Source: Ignavibacteriota bacterium (GTDB taxonomy: Bacteria > Bacteroidota > Ignavibacteria > Ignavibacteriales > Melioribacteraceae). From it: a stretch of DNA of 64,000 nucleotides. The stretch spans positions 2,845-66,844 of the forward strand of contig JADJOX010000002.1 of assembly GCA_016713565.1 (NCBI GenBank), written 5' to 3'. Shown here piece after piece: positions 52,008 to 61,334 of this stretch. The position numbers were made by a program, and so were the translations under genes. Numbering within the stretch: the stretch's first letter is position 1; each line of letters opens with the position of its first letter. Below the pieces are notes generated by a model. It had not been told where the DNA came from. It saw nothing but the letters and a program-made list of their open reading frames with translations, and searched no databases.

Positions 52008-55000
52008 TTATTTTTTTTCAAGCATTACAAATTTAGTTTCATAAGGTTTGAAGGTCAAACTATTTGAGTTTCCGATTTTATCACCAAGAACATTTACTTC
52101 ATAAACGCTGTAATTTGGATTATTTATAATATTATTCAATGAAATATCTCTAGATAATCCGTTTATTTCCTTTAAGTGTAGAATAACTTTTTGAGTAGAA
52201 ACAAAAGGCATTGCGGAAACTAAAATTACATTGTCGTCATTTAATGTTAATAATGACCGGCTGAAATTCTGATTGATCTGTTTTCCTTCAGGAAATACCC
52301 TTGCCGTAATTGGAATTTTTGATTCATATCCAAATCTGTAGCTTTTTTCATTTGTGTTGGTTTTGGCGGAAGTAATTGTGTAACTCCATTTAAATTCTCC
52401 ATCTTGACTTGCTCTAAAATTTGTTACCCAATAATTATTAAGAGGCCAAGAGAAAATATATGTGTTCTCTGGTTTTGCCACGTAATTAAATTCGCCAATA
52501 TTTAGTCCGCCTAAATGTACAAGAGGCATATCGTTGGAACTGAAAATAATTTGCGAATCATTATTTTTTACAGCTGCAAAATTTTGAATTACATTCCAAT
52601 CTGTTGATGTTCCGGGTATTTGATCTTTACCCGGTTCAACAATTCCGCCTTGAGCTTCAAAAGTAATTTTGGAATTTGGGAGCGAGAAAGGAAATGCAAC
52701 ATAAACTGCTTCAGGATCATGAACTGCTAATTTAACCATTCTGAAATTCAGATCTATTTTTTTCTCAAAGTTGTAAAGATTCAATTCAAGAACAATTTCA
52801 TCACTGCCGCAGCATTTTTCATTTTTTCCGGATAAAATAATACTATCCCAGACTTTGCCTTTTTTAATTCCTTTAAATTCTACATCGCTCAATGAGCTTC
52901 TGACCGGCTGATCATCTAATGTATATCTTTCAAGCTGATTTCTATTGGAAAGTTCTTCGTAAATAAATTGACCTAATTCCCATTTACTGTTTTGATCTAT
53001 AAGTTCTTGTTTTAGCTCTTTATCATAAATTGATTTGATTGCACCTACTTTTGTATCCAAAACAATTTTATAAAACTGATTTTCAAATTCGGTTTTATCC
53101 TTCTCAAAACCGGAGCTTTGCGTTATTTCATTTTCAACAATTATTTTATAAAGTTTGTATCCCATTGAAGGAATATTTTTTGCCCAAATACTCCAATAAG
53201 TTCCATCCTCTCTGTTTGATTGCTCTTGGGCGGAAACTTCATTACCGTCAAAATCCACAATTTTGAATTTTTTATTTCGCGGAATTATCTGATGATCAAT
53301 ATAAATTGTAGTTAATCCGGATCTTTCCCAATTTAGCGTATTGAATACGGCAATTGTCGGGGTCTCCGATTTTGGTAAATATTGTTGAATGAATCCGAGA
53401 GCTTTTTCTTTTAGCATTTTTGATCTTTTTACGGCATCCCAAACATATGCGGATTTAAGCTGCCACTGCACAATTGTATTCTCCGAATTAGGATTTCTAA
53501 TACTTTCATCGGCACCAAAAGTATGTTCGGCATAGAAGAATAAATTTTCCTCAATATCATTTATTTCTTTAATTACATCCTTCGGAATATTTGCGCCCAT
53601 CAACAATGCCATACTTAATAATCCTTTGTTGGCAATTAAATCGGCTTGAGTTCTTCTTGCTTCCATTGTTTCTCTTGCCGCGGAACCGAATCCATCTGCC
53701 CACCAATCGGGCCAAGCAGCTTTTTGAACAGGCAAAGAATTGCCGTATTTTTTTTCAATATTCTTTACAAATTCTGAAACGGTAGCCACCTTTAATTTCG
53801 GCCATTCATATTTTTCATTCCATTCCTTTGCAAGATTTGACGCCTTTAATGAAGGAGGAGAATTATCCGTTACATAACCTGACATTTGCAAATGTGCTTC
53901 ACTATAAGGATATCCGGCTTTGTTTAATTTTGATAAATACTGCATAAGATTTGTTTCAACAAATTCAATATTGCCGGTATGTGCGCCAACGAAATTTCCG
54001 GTCATATAATGATCTGCTCGATAGGCAAGAATTTTATTCCCTGATGGTGATTCCCACCAAAAGACAGTAGGATAATTAAAAGGAATTTTTGCTTTGTGTC
54101 CGTGTTCACCCATTACTAAATATTTAATTCCCGCGTTGTTCAAATAATCTGCGTAACACCAGCCGATTCCGTTTATATCGTCCTGCATTGCGGTTTTTAC
54201 GGTAAATCCTGAATCTGTAATTGTCTTTACCGGTTTAAGCATTGATGCCATTAAAGATTCATCCGGTATTTCCGAAATGTTAAACAGCATTGATGTTAAT
54301 TCAATTCTTCCTTCTTTAACTCTTTTTCTAAATCTATCAATTTGTGATTTTGGTCTGCTGTTTAAATATCTTAAAACAGGCCATGCGCTTTCACACGTCC
54401 ATCTGAATTTCGCGTCTTCTGGATAATTATCCGTTAAATCGCAAAAGTCGAGCGCGTAATCAATAAATCTTAAATGTTCTGGTAAAATTTCTGTTTGTGT
54501 TCTGGTGTAACCGATATCTGTGTGACTATGCATAACCAAATCAACAACCCACTCTTTAACCGGCTCAACCTTAAATGTTCTGGTAATTAATTGATTCCCG
54601 ATTTTAATATCAGTTTTAATTTCTTTTTGCACAAAGTCTTCCGGGATAACAATAGAGTATGAGTTAAAACCGGTTGAAATATTTGATTTAAGTTCGAATC
54701 CTGAATTTGTTGCAATTTCAATATTTTGAGGCTTATCCAAATGAACAATATTAAGTTTATACAAAATAGAATTTTTACCCTGGCCTTTTAAAACCAGATC
54801 GGTGGGAATAATTTCAATTTCGGATTTTACTTTGCCTTGAAATGTCATGTACCAGTCGGTACTTTCTGCGTCTTCTCCGGTAATTTTTATATTTGCGGGT
54901 TCACCTAATTTTAAGTCATTTTTTTGCACATTAAGGATCGCAATTCCCATAAGATCATTATATCTGTCCGTCATTGTAGCTTTGAATGTTATCTTTGAAT

Positions 55001-55391
55001 CATTGTGACCGTTAACATCCCATGAACCGGTTTTTGACCCAAGTTCATTTTTAAACATTAAATACGGAGTATTATTTATCCATAATTTAAAAGGATGTGT
55101 TACCGAATTTTGTGAAATTCCGAAGTACCAAATAAATGATACATATTCATTTTTAACACCCGCGGGAACAGGTTCAGTTTGCCATTCAATGACCGCTTCC
55201 TCTTTTTTTGCACGAACGAGAAGCGCTTGAGAAATATCAGGGTGAGGAGAGTGATACGCAAAATTTCCTCTTTGCAATACTTTGTCAAAACCTTGAATAA
55301 ATTTAGATTGATCTTCTTGAGCAAACAGAAAGACTCCAGAATAAAACGTTAGTAAAATTGCTAGAATTTCATAACAAAATTTTTTATTCAT
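52008..55391 (-). CDS. Secreted GH38-family alpha-mannosidase-like glycoside hydrolase
   Basis: Intact 1127-aa ORF with a signal peptide (…GVFLFAQED). VDLVMHSHTDIGYT (the GH38 metal/nucleophile-region motif in its HSHxDxGY variant), followed by a long beta-sandwich C-terminus. Confidence 0.7.
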   Translation of the reverse strand: MNKKFCYEILAILLTFYSGVFLFAQEDQSKFIQGFDKVLQRGNFAYHSPHPDISQALLVRAKKEEAVIEWQTEPVPAGVKNEYVSFIWYFGISQNSVTHPFKLWINNTPYLMFKNELGSKTGSWDVNGHNDSKITFKATMTDRYNDLMGIAILNVQKNDLKLGEPANIKITGEDAESTDWYMTFQGKVKSEIEIIPTDLVLKGQGKNSILYKLNIVHLDKPQNIEIATNSGFELKSNISTGFNSYSIVIPEDFVQKEIKTDIKIGNQLITRTFKVEPVKEWVVDLVMHSHTDIGYTRTQTEILPEHLRFIDYALDFCDLTDNYPEDAKFRWTCESAWPVLRYLNSRPKSQIDRFRKRVKEGRIELTSMLFNISEIPDESLMASMLKPVKTITDSGFTVKTAMQDDINGIGWCYADYLNNAGIKYLVMGEHGHKAKIPFNYPTVFWWESPSGNKILAYRADHYMTGNFVGAHTGNIEFVETNLMQYLSKLNKAGYPYSEAHLQMSGYVTDNSPPSLKASNLAKEWNEKYEWPKLKVATVSEFVKNIEKKYGNSLPVQKAAWPDWWADGFGSAARETMEARRTQADLIANKGLLSMALLMGANIPKDVIKEINDIEENLFFYAEHTFGADESIRNPNSENTIVQWQLKSAYVWDAVKRSKMLKEKALGFIQQYLPKSETPTIAVFNTLNWERSGLTTIYIDHQIIPRNKKFKIVDFDGNEVSAQEQSNREDGTYWSIWAKNIPSMGYKLYKIIVENEITQSSGFEKDKTEFENQFYKIVLDTKVGAIKSIYDKELKQELIDQNSKWELGQFIYEELSNRNQLERYTLDDQPVRSSLSDVEFKGIKKGKVWDSIILSGKNEKCCGSDEIVLELNLYNFEKKIDLNFRMVKLAVHDPEAVYVAFPFSLPNSKITFEAQGGIVEPGKDQIPGTSTDWNVIQNFAAVKNNDSQIIFSSNDMPLVHLGGLNIGEFNYVAKPENTYIFSWPLNNYWVTNFRASQDGEFKWSYTITSAKTNTNEKSYRFGYESKIPITARVFPEGKQINQNFSRSLLTLNDDNVILVSAMPFVSTQKVILHLKEINGLSRDISLNNIINNPNYSVYEVNVLGDKIGNSNSLTFKPYETKFVMLEKK

Positions 55392-55532
55392 TTTGAGCCT
55401 CTTAAATATTAGAAGGATAGTGGAATTAAAAATAATTGAATTTGTTAACTATTTTTATACAAATCATATATAATAATTTAAAATATTTTTGTTTTAACAG
55501 ATAAAATAATTTTGACAAAAGTGATTAAATTC

Positions 55533-55566
55533 GTAAGTTAATATATACTACTTACACGAGTAAGTA
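55533..55566. promoter_or_regulatory. GTAAGT/ACTTAC inverted-repeat element upstream of fucU
   Basis: GTAAGT-taatatatact-ACTTAC and TACTTA-cacgag-TAAGTA (perfect 6-bp inverted repeat with a 6-bp spacer), about 30 nt upstream of the fucU ATG. The hexamer is the same as in the 25.7 kb and 28.6 kb elements. Confidence 0.3.
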
Positions 55567-55596
55567 AAGCTGAATTTTATTTAATGAGGTCATAGT

Positions 55597-56031
55597 ATGT
55601 TAAAAAATATTCCTCCGATTATTAGTCCGGATCTGATTAAAATTTTAAGCGAAATGGGACATGGCGATGAAATTGTTATTGCTGACGGAAATTTTCCGGC
55701 TGCATCAAAAGCAAAAAGACTTATTAGGATGGATGGTCATAACGCTTGCGAAATTTTAACCGCTATTTTGAAATTTTTCCCTTTAGATAAATATGTTTCG
55801 AATCCTGTCAGTTTAATGCAAGTTGTAAAAGGCGACACTGTAGTTCCGACAATTTGGAATGAATTCGAGATCATTATAAAAGAAAGCGGAGAATATTTTA
55901 ATGGTTTTGAATACTTGGAAAAGCCTGAATTTTATGAAAGATCTGAAAAAGCTTACGCTGTTATTGCATCCAGCGAAAAAGCACTTTATGCAAATATTAT
56001 TCTCAAAAAAGGCGTAATTGTTATTCAATAA
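55597..56031 (+). CDS. fucU: L-fucose mutarotase (RbsD/FucU family)
   Basis: 144 aa. MLKNIPPIISPDLIKILSEMGHGDEIVIADGNFPA...FYERSEKAYAVI...YANIILKKGV is colinear with E. coli FucU. Confidence 0.9.
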   Translation: MLKNIPPIISPDLIKILSEMGHGDEIVIADGNFPAASKAKRLIRMDGHNACEILTAILKFFPLDKYVSNPVSLMQVVKGDTVVPTIWNEFEIIIKESGEYFNGFEYLEKPEFYERSEKAYAVIASSEKALYANIILKKGVIVIQ

Positions 56032-56109
56032 TAATTTTATTTAATTAAATTTAACTTGCTCATCTCAATAATTATGGATTGAAATTCACAATTTGCAAAT
56101 TTTACTTTT

Positions 56110-56802
56110 ATGAACGTGACGAGAGAAGAATTTATTAAAATTATTGTTGATAAAGTTTTGGCAAAGCTTGCCGAAAACAAAGAATTTTTGCAGAAAGATA
56201 TCTCAGATGAAAACGGAATTTGGAAATTTGATCAGACTTTGTTTACATTTTCCGATGCTCAAAATATTAAAAGTAAGCATTGTAATAAAGTAATTTTTTC
56301 GCCCAAAACTATTATTACACCTTTGGCTCATGATTTTCTAATAGGGGAAAACATTCATATAGAAAAATTAACTGTATCATCGAATTTAATGCATGAAGCA
56401 ATATCGGCAGAAACTTCCAAAAAAATTGCGATTCTCTGTAATGAAAACGATATAGTTTATAAGAATAAAACCAAAGAGATATTGCTTAAATTGGGTATTG
56501 AATGTGAATGGAAAAATCCTAAAAATAATTATTTCTATGAATTTGAAAATTGTTTATTGGATTTGGCTAAGAAAACTGAATCTGGAAAATATCATTCGGC
56601 AATAATTATAAATAATGAAGCTTTTAAACTTCGTAAAATTTTACAGAATAATAATTCTCTTAACGGTCAAATTTGCTGGGAAATTAATAGCAGTAAAGTT
56701 TGCAATATTAAGTCGAAATATTTATTTATAAATAGTGCCTTGTTAGGTTTTAACATGTTGGAAAGTAAAATTGATAGCTGGATTAAATTAAACCAAAATT
56801 AA
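56110..56802 (+). CDS. Hypothetical 230-aa protein with an N-terminal encapsulation-peptide-like helix; candidate microcompartment-associated protein
   Basis: Intact ORF in the operon. The N-terminus is TREEFIKIIVDKVLAKLAE. A middle segment reads KVIFSPKTIITPLAHDFLIGENIHI. By eye, the C-terminal half (KKIAILCNEND...GIECEW...YHSAIIINNEAF...LGFNMLESKIDSWI) is colinear with the RpiB/LacAB fold but lacks the CGTG-type catalytic motif. Confidence 0.5.
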   Translation: MNVTREEFIKIIVDKVLAKLAENKEFLQKDISDENGIWKFDQTLFTFSDAQNIKSKHCNKVIFSPKTIITPLAHDFLIGENIHIEKLTVSSNLMHEAISAETSKKIAILCNENDIVYKNKTKEILLKLGIECEWKNPKNNYFYEFENCLLDLAKKTESGKYHSAIIINNEAFKLRKILQNNNSLNGQICWEINSSKVCNIKSKYLFINSALLGFNMLESKIDSWIKLNQN

Positions 56803-56820
56803 AATTTCCGGAGAAATTAA

Positions 56821-58236
56821 TTGTCGAATATTGACAGAATACATATAAAAAAATTAGTTGCAGAAGTCATAAACGAATTAGAAATAAGCGGTAATTATAA
56901 TTTAAAAAACTCGTCTGATGGAATTTATGAACATGTCGATGACGCCGTATATCAATCCAAAATAGCGCAAAAAAAATGGGTTAAAGTATCAACGGATGTA
57001 AAGAAAAAGATAATTTCCGAATTAAGAAAAACTATGCATGCATTTGCCGAAGATTTTTCTAAGAGAGCCCATGAAGAAACCGGAATGGGCAGAGTTCAAG
57101 ATAAAATTGCAAAACATCATAATGCAGCCGATTCAACTCCCGGAATGGAAGATTTAGAAACAAGATCATGGACAGGTTCCAAAGGTACCGTTATTGAAGA
57201 AAGAGCGCCATACGGAGTAATTGCCGGAATCACTCCTTCAACACATCCAATTCCGGTATTATTAAATAGTATAATAATTACAATCGCAGGCGGAAACAGT
57301 GTTATTTTTAGTGTTCATCCAGCAGCAAAAAAAGTATCGGCTTACGCAATACCGATTTTTCACAAAGTAATTGTTGAAAATGGCGGACCTGAAAATTTAA
57401 TTACTATGATCAAAGAACCGACTTTGGAAAATGTTAACAGATTATTCAATCACAACGATATTGATCTGATAGTTGCTACAGGCGGACCAGCAGTAGTTGA
57501 GGCCGCTTTCAAAGCGGGGAAAAAAGTTGTTGCGGCTGGACCGGGAAATCCACCAGTACTGGTTGATAGATCCGCAAATTTGAATAATGCCGCAAAGAGT
57601 TTGATAACCGGAGCTTCTTTCGATAACAATATTTTATGTATTGCGGAAAAGGAAACATTTGTTGTAAAAGACGTTTTTGATGATTTTGTTCAAGCTATGA
57701 AAAATAACGGCGCGGTTTGTTTAAATTCTGCTCAAATTGAAATGTTGACCAAAAAAGCAATTGTTCAAAATGATAAAGGACATTATCTGGGAACGCGTGA
57801 ATTTATTGGTAAAAATGCAAGTGTCTTGGCTTCCGCGTGCGGCATAAATTTATCTGAGAATGTAAGATTATTGTTTGGCGAAGTAAATGAAAATCATCCG
57901 TTTGTTGTTGCGGAACAAATGATGCCGTTTATGCCGATTGTTAAAGTCAATTCTTTTGAAGACGGAATGATAAAGTGCAAAATAGCCGAACACGGTTTTG
58001 GACATACAGCGGTTATTCATTCAAATGATATTCAGAATATTACAAAATTTACTCAAGAAATGGACACAAGTATTGTTATTGTTAACGGTCCTTCTTTAGC
58101 GGGAAATGGACCAAATGCAGGTGAAGGCTATTTCTCGCACACAATTGCCAGTCCTACCGGTGAAGGAGTTTGTACTCCCAAAGATTTTACAAGAGTTAGA
58201 AGAATAGCAATTTCAAATGCATTAAAAATTGTATAA
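56821..58236 (+). CDS. CoA-acylating aldehyde dehydrogenase (PduP/EutE family), TTG start, N-terminal encapsulation-peptide-like helix
   Basis: GMGRVQDKIAKH, ITPSTHPIPVLLNSIIITIAGGNSVIFSVHPAAKK, GGPAVV, AAGPGNPPVLVD, the FDNNILCIAEKE catalytic-Cys motif and TIASPTGEGV are colinear with E. coli EutE. The N-terminus is DRIHIKKLVAEVINEL. Confidence 0.9.
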   Translation: MSNIDRIHIKKLVAEVINELEISGNYNLKNSSDGIYEHVDDAVYQSKIAQKKWVKVSTDVKKKIISELRKTMHAFAEDFSKRAHEETGMGRVQDKIAKHHNAADSTPGMEDLETRSWTGSKGTVIEERAPYGVIAGITPSTHPIPVLLNSIIITIAGGNSVIFSVHPAAKKVSAYAIPIFHKVIVENGGPENLITMIKEPTLENVNRLFNHNDIDLIVATGGPAVVEAAFKAGKKVVAAGPGNPPVLVDRSANLNNAAKSLITGASFDNNILCIAEKETFVVKDVFDDFVQAMKNNGAVCLNSAQIEMLTKKAIVQNDKGHYLGTREFIGKNASVLASACGINLSENVRLLFGEVNENHPFVVAEQMMPFMPIVKVNSFEDGMIKCKIAEHGFGHTAVIHSNDIQNITKFTQEMDTSIVIVNGPSLAGNGPNAGEGYFSHTIASPTGEGVCTPKDFTRVRRIAISNALKIV

Positions 58237-58259
58237 CAAAATAAATAAGGAGAAAAAAA

Positions 58260-58538
58260 ATGAAATTAGAAGCATTAGGCATGATTGAAACAAAAGGATT
58301 AGTTGGCGCAATAGAAGCAGCGGACGCCATGGTTAAAGCCGCAAATGTTAGTTTATTGGGAAAAGAAACAATTGGCGGCGGTTACGTAACCGTAATGGTT
58401 AGAGGAGATGTAGGCGCAGTAAAAGCTGCTACAGATGCTGGCGCTTCAGCCGCTCAAAGAGTTGGAGAACTTGTTTCAGTCCATGTAATACCAAGACCAC
58501 ATTCTGATGTAGAAACAATTTTGCCAAACACTAAATAG
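58260..58538 (+). CDS. Bacterial microcompartment shell protein, BMC-H (PduA/EutM-like hexamer subunit)
   Basis: 92 aa. [57 protein letters not shown]...VHVIPRPH is the canonical single BMC (PF00936-type) domain. Confidence 0.95.
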   Translation: MKLEALGMIETKGLVGAIEAADAMVKAANVSLLGKETIGGGYVTVMVRGDVGAVKAATDAGASAAQRVGELVSVHVIPRPHSDVETILPNTK

Positions 58539-58560
58539 GTAAACTTAAGGAGAAACTGAT

Positions 58561-59367
58561 ATGAGTTATAATTTAATTACCCTGAAAAATCAAATTGTTG
58601 AAGTGGGTAAGAGGATGTATGACAGAGGTTATGTTGCGTCAAATGATGGAAATATCAGTGCAAAAGTTGATAATGAAAGGGTGGTTATAACTCCAACAGG
58701 AGTTAGTAAAGGTTATTTAACTCCCGACATGATGGTAGTTGTAGATATGAATGGAAAAGTAATAAATGGAAACGGAAAAGCTTCGTCTGAAGTTTTTATG
58801 CATTTACAAGTTTATAGAGACAGACCTGATGTTGGAAGCGTATGTCATTCACATCCTCCTTATGCTACAGGTTATGCCGTTGCGGGAATTCCACTTGATA
58901 AATGCGTACTTCCTGAAGTGATTATTGCTCTAGGAAATATTCCAATTGTTGCTTATGGTACACCCGGAACTGATGAATTTTATAAACCGGTTGTTCCGTT
59001 GCTTAAAGACTATGACGCGTTTTTATTGGCAAATCATGGTGCGTTGACAGTAGGCAAAGATGTTTTAAGCGCCTATCATAAAATGGAAACCTTAGAACAT
59101 TTTGCGCATATCGCTTTTGTAGCTCAACAGGTTGGAAGCATTAATACTTTAAATAAAGATCAAGTTAAAAAGTTGACTGATCAAAGAGAAAAATATGGAG
59201 TTAGAACAACTGCCGGATGCGTAACTTGCGAAACCGAAGGTACTTGTGATATTCACGACGGAAAAAGCAATTCATCTAAATTTGAATTTAATAGTTTGTC
59301 TTTAAGTGAAAAAGATCAACTTATAAATGAAATTACTGACGCGATTCTGAAAAGATTAAATAAGTAG
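58561..59367 (+). CDS. Class II aldolase (L-fuculose-/rhamnulose-1-phosphate aldolase family) with a C-terminal extension of about 55 aa
   Basis: NDGNISAK, VITPTGVSKG, SSEVFMHLQVY, VCHSHPPYAT and LANHGALTVG. The extension reads TTAGCVTCETEGTCDIHDG...SEKDQLINEITDAILKRLNK. Confidence 0.85.
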   Translation: MSYNLITLKNQIVEVGKRMYDRGYVASNDGNISAKVDNERVVITPTGVSKGYLTPDMMVVVDMNGKVINGNGKASSEVFMHLQVYRDRPDVGSVCHSHPPYATGYAVAGIPLDKCVLPEVIIALGNIPIVAYGTPGTDEFYKPVVPLLKDYDAFLLANHGALTVGKDVLSAYHKMETLEHFAHIAFVAQQVGSINTLNKDQVKKLTDQREKYGVRTTAGCVTCETEGTCDIHDGKSNSSKFEFNSLSLSEKDQLINEITDAILKRLNK

Positions 59368-59375
59368 GAAAATCT

Positions 59376-60569
59376 ATGAAAATTGTTGTTTGCAATGTGG
59401 GTTCTACGAGTTTAAAATTCCAACTTCTTCAAATGGAAAATGAACAGCAGCTTGCAAAAGGTTATATTGAAAGAGTAGGTGAAGAAAATGCAATTGTAAA
59501 TTTTTGGATTGGCGAACAGAAAGTATTCCAGAAAAATTTGAATATACCTTCACTTAAAGACGCTGTCAAATTATCAATTGAATTTTTATCTGATGAAAAA
59601 AATAATTTAATAAAAGATTTCAGTGAAATTGACGGAATTGGATTTAAAACAATTCAAGCCGGCGATAAAAACGGCTCGGTAATTTTGGATGATGAAGTTT
59701 TAGCCGCAATGAAAAATTATTCGTCATTGGCTCCCGCGCATAATCCTCCGTATTTAGAAGCCATTTATATGTTTAAAGAATTGCTGCCGAATACAAATTT
59801 AGTTGGTGTATTTGAACCCGGATTTCATGTCGATATTCCCGATTACGCAAAAGTATACGGAGTTCCCTACGAATGGATTGAAAAATACGGCGTTGTAAAA
59901 TATGGTTATCATGGAGCTTCGCATAGATTTGTAACATTTGAGACGGTTAAAGTTTTAAATCTTGATCCCAAAAATCATAAAGTAATTTCGGTTCATTTAG
60001 GCGGATCCTCATCGCTTTGTGCGTTTAAAAATGGAATATCTATAGATACTTCAATGGGATTTACTCCGCAGACCGGTTTGATCCAAGGAACAAGAATTGG
60101 AGATATAGATCCGTTCGTATTTCCTTATATAATGGAAAAGAAAAAAATTACATTAGATGAAGCTTTAAAAGAATGTTCAAAAAACGGCGGACTTAAAGGG
60201 CTTTCCGGAATTTCGGCTGATATGAGAGAAATTAAAGACGCGGTAGAAAAAAATGATCCTAAAGCAATTCTTGCCAGAAATAAATTTATTTACGATATTA
60301 AAAGATATATTGGCGAGTATATTATTTTAATGGAAGGAATTGACGCCATTACTTTTACAGGCGGAATTGGTCAAAAAGATTGGCAGCTTCGAGAGGAAGT
60401 TTTAAATTCATTGCAATTTTTAGGATTTAAGCTAAATCAAGAATCAAACAAAGAAAATAAAACAACTATAAGTGCCGATGATTCAAAATTTTATTCATTA
60501 GTTTTGGAAACAAATGAAGAATTAGTAGTTGCGAGAGAAACACAAAAAGTAGTTTTACAAAAATCATAA
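59376..60569 (+). CDS. ackA: Acetate (acyl-phosphate) kinase
   Basis: 397 aa. MKIVVCNVGSTSLKFQL, APAHNPP, YGYHGASH, HLGGSSSLCAFKNG, DTSMGFTP and FTGGIG. Confidence 0.9.
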   Translation: MKIVVCNVGSTSLKFQLLQMENEQQLAKGYIERVGEENAIVNFWIGEQKVFQKNLNIPSLKDAVKLSIEFLSDEKNNLIKDFSEIDGIGFKTIQAGDKNGSVILDDEVLAAMKNYSSLAPAHNPPYLEAIYMFKELLPNTNLVGVFEPGFHVDIPDYAKVYGVPYEWIEKYGVVKYGYHGASHRFVTFETVKVLNLDPKNHKVISVHLGGSSSLCAFKNGISIDTSMGFTPQTGLIQGTRIGDIDPFVFPYIMEKKKITLDEALKECSKNGGLKGLSGISADMREIKDAVEKNDPKAILARNKFIYDIKRYIGEYIILMEGIDAITFTGGIGQKDWQLREEVLNSLQFLGFKLNQESNKENKTTISADDSKFYSLVLETNEELVVARETQKVVLQKS

Positions 60570-60602
60570 ATAAATAATTTTAAATAAATTTTAGTCTTCT
60601 GA

Positions 60603-61331
60603 ATGCAAGTAGCTTTATTTATTCCTTGTTTAAATGAGCACATTTACCCGAGCGCGGCAATTTCAATGGTAAAAGTTTTAAACTATTTTAAAGTTAATAC
60701 AATTTACGTTGATGATCAAACTTGCTGCGGACAACCGGCTTTCAATTCAGGATACCAAAGTGAAATTATTCCGCTCGCTGAGAGATTCATTAAATTATTT
60801 GCTGATTATGATTATGTTATTGCTCCTTCAGGTTCATGCGTAGCCATGGTAAAAAATCATTACAAAGAAATTCCAATTGATAACTCGCTTAACGAAAAAT
60901 ACAATAGCCTCAGAAATAAAATTTATGAATTCACGGAATTTTTAATAAAAGTTTTGAACATCACTTCAATTGATGCTCAGTTTAAACATAAAGTTACTTT
61001 TCACGATTCATGCCACGCGTTAAGGGAACTCAAGATTTCAAGTGAACCGAGAAAGATATTAAATATGATTAAAGATTTGGAATTAGTTGAAATGTTGGAT
61101 TCCGACGTATGCTGCGGATTTGGCGGAACTTTTTCGTATAAATATGAAGATGTTTCCGTTGCAATGGTTGAAAGAAAATGCAGTAATATCCTTAATACAA
61201 AAGCAGAATATTGTGTAGGTCTTGATTCAAGCTGTTTAATGAATATTGACGGTTATGTTAAAAAAAATAAACTAAACGTTAAAGTTATTCACATAGCAGA
61301 TCTATTGTGTCAAAGTTTAGGAATTTTATAA
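60603..61331 (+). CDS. lutA: Lactate utilization protein A ((Fe-S)-binding, two CCG domains)
   Basis: 242 aa. VALFIPCL, TCCGQPAFNSGY, FHDSCHALR and VCCGFGGTF. Confidence 0.85.
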   Translation: MQVALFIPCLNEHIYPSAAISMVKVLNYFKVNTIYVDDQTCCGQPAFNSGYQSEIIPLAERFIKLFADYDYVIAPSGSCVAMVKNHYKEIPIDNSLNEKYNSLRNKIYEFTEFLIKVLNITSIDAQFKHKVTFHDSCHALRELKISSEPRKILNMIKDLELVEMLDSDVCCGFGGTFSYKYEDVSVAMVERKCSNILNTKAEYCVGLDSSCLMNIDGYVKKNKLNVKVIHIADLLCQSLGIL

Positions 61332-61334
61332 ATA

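Noticed and set aside
56110-56802. Assigning the 230-aa protein as the missing PduL-type phosphotransacylase, because of its size, position and N-terminal targeting helix.
   Set aside because: It lacks the duplicated RHIH-containing beta-barrel repeats of PduL. The C-terminal half looks Rossmann-like or RpiB-like instead.
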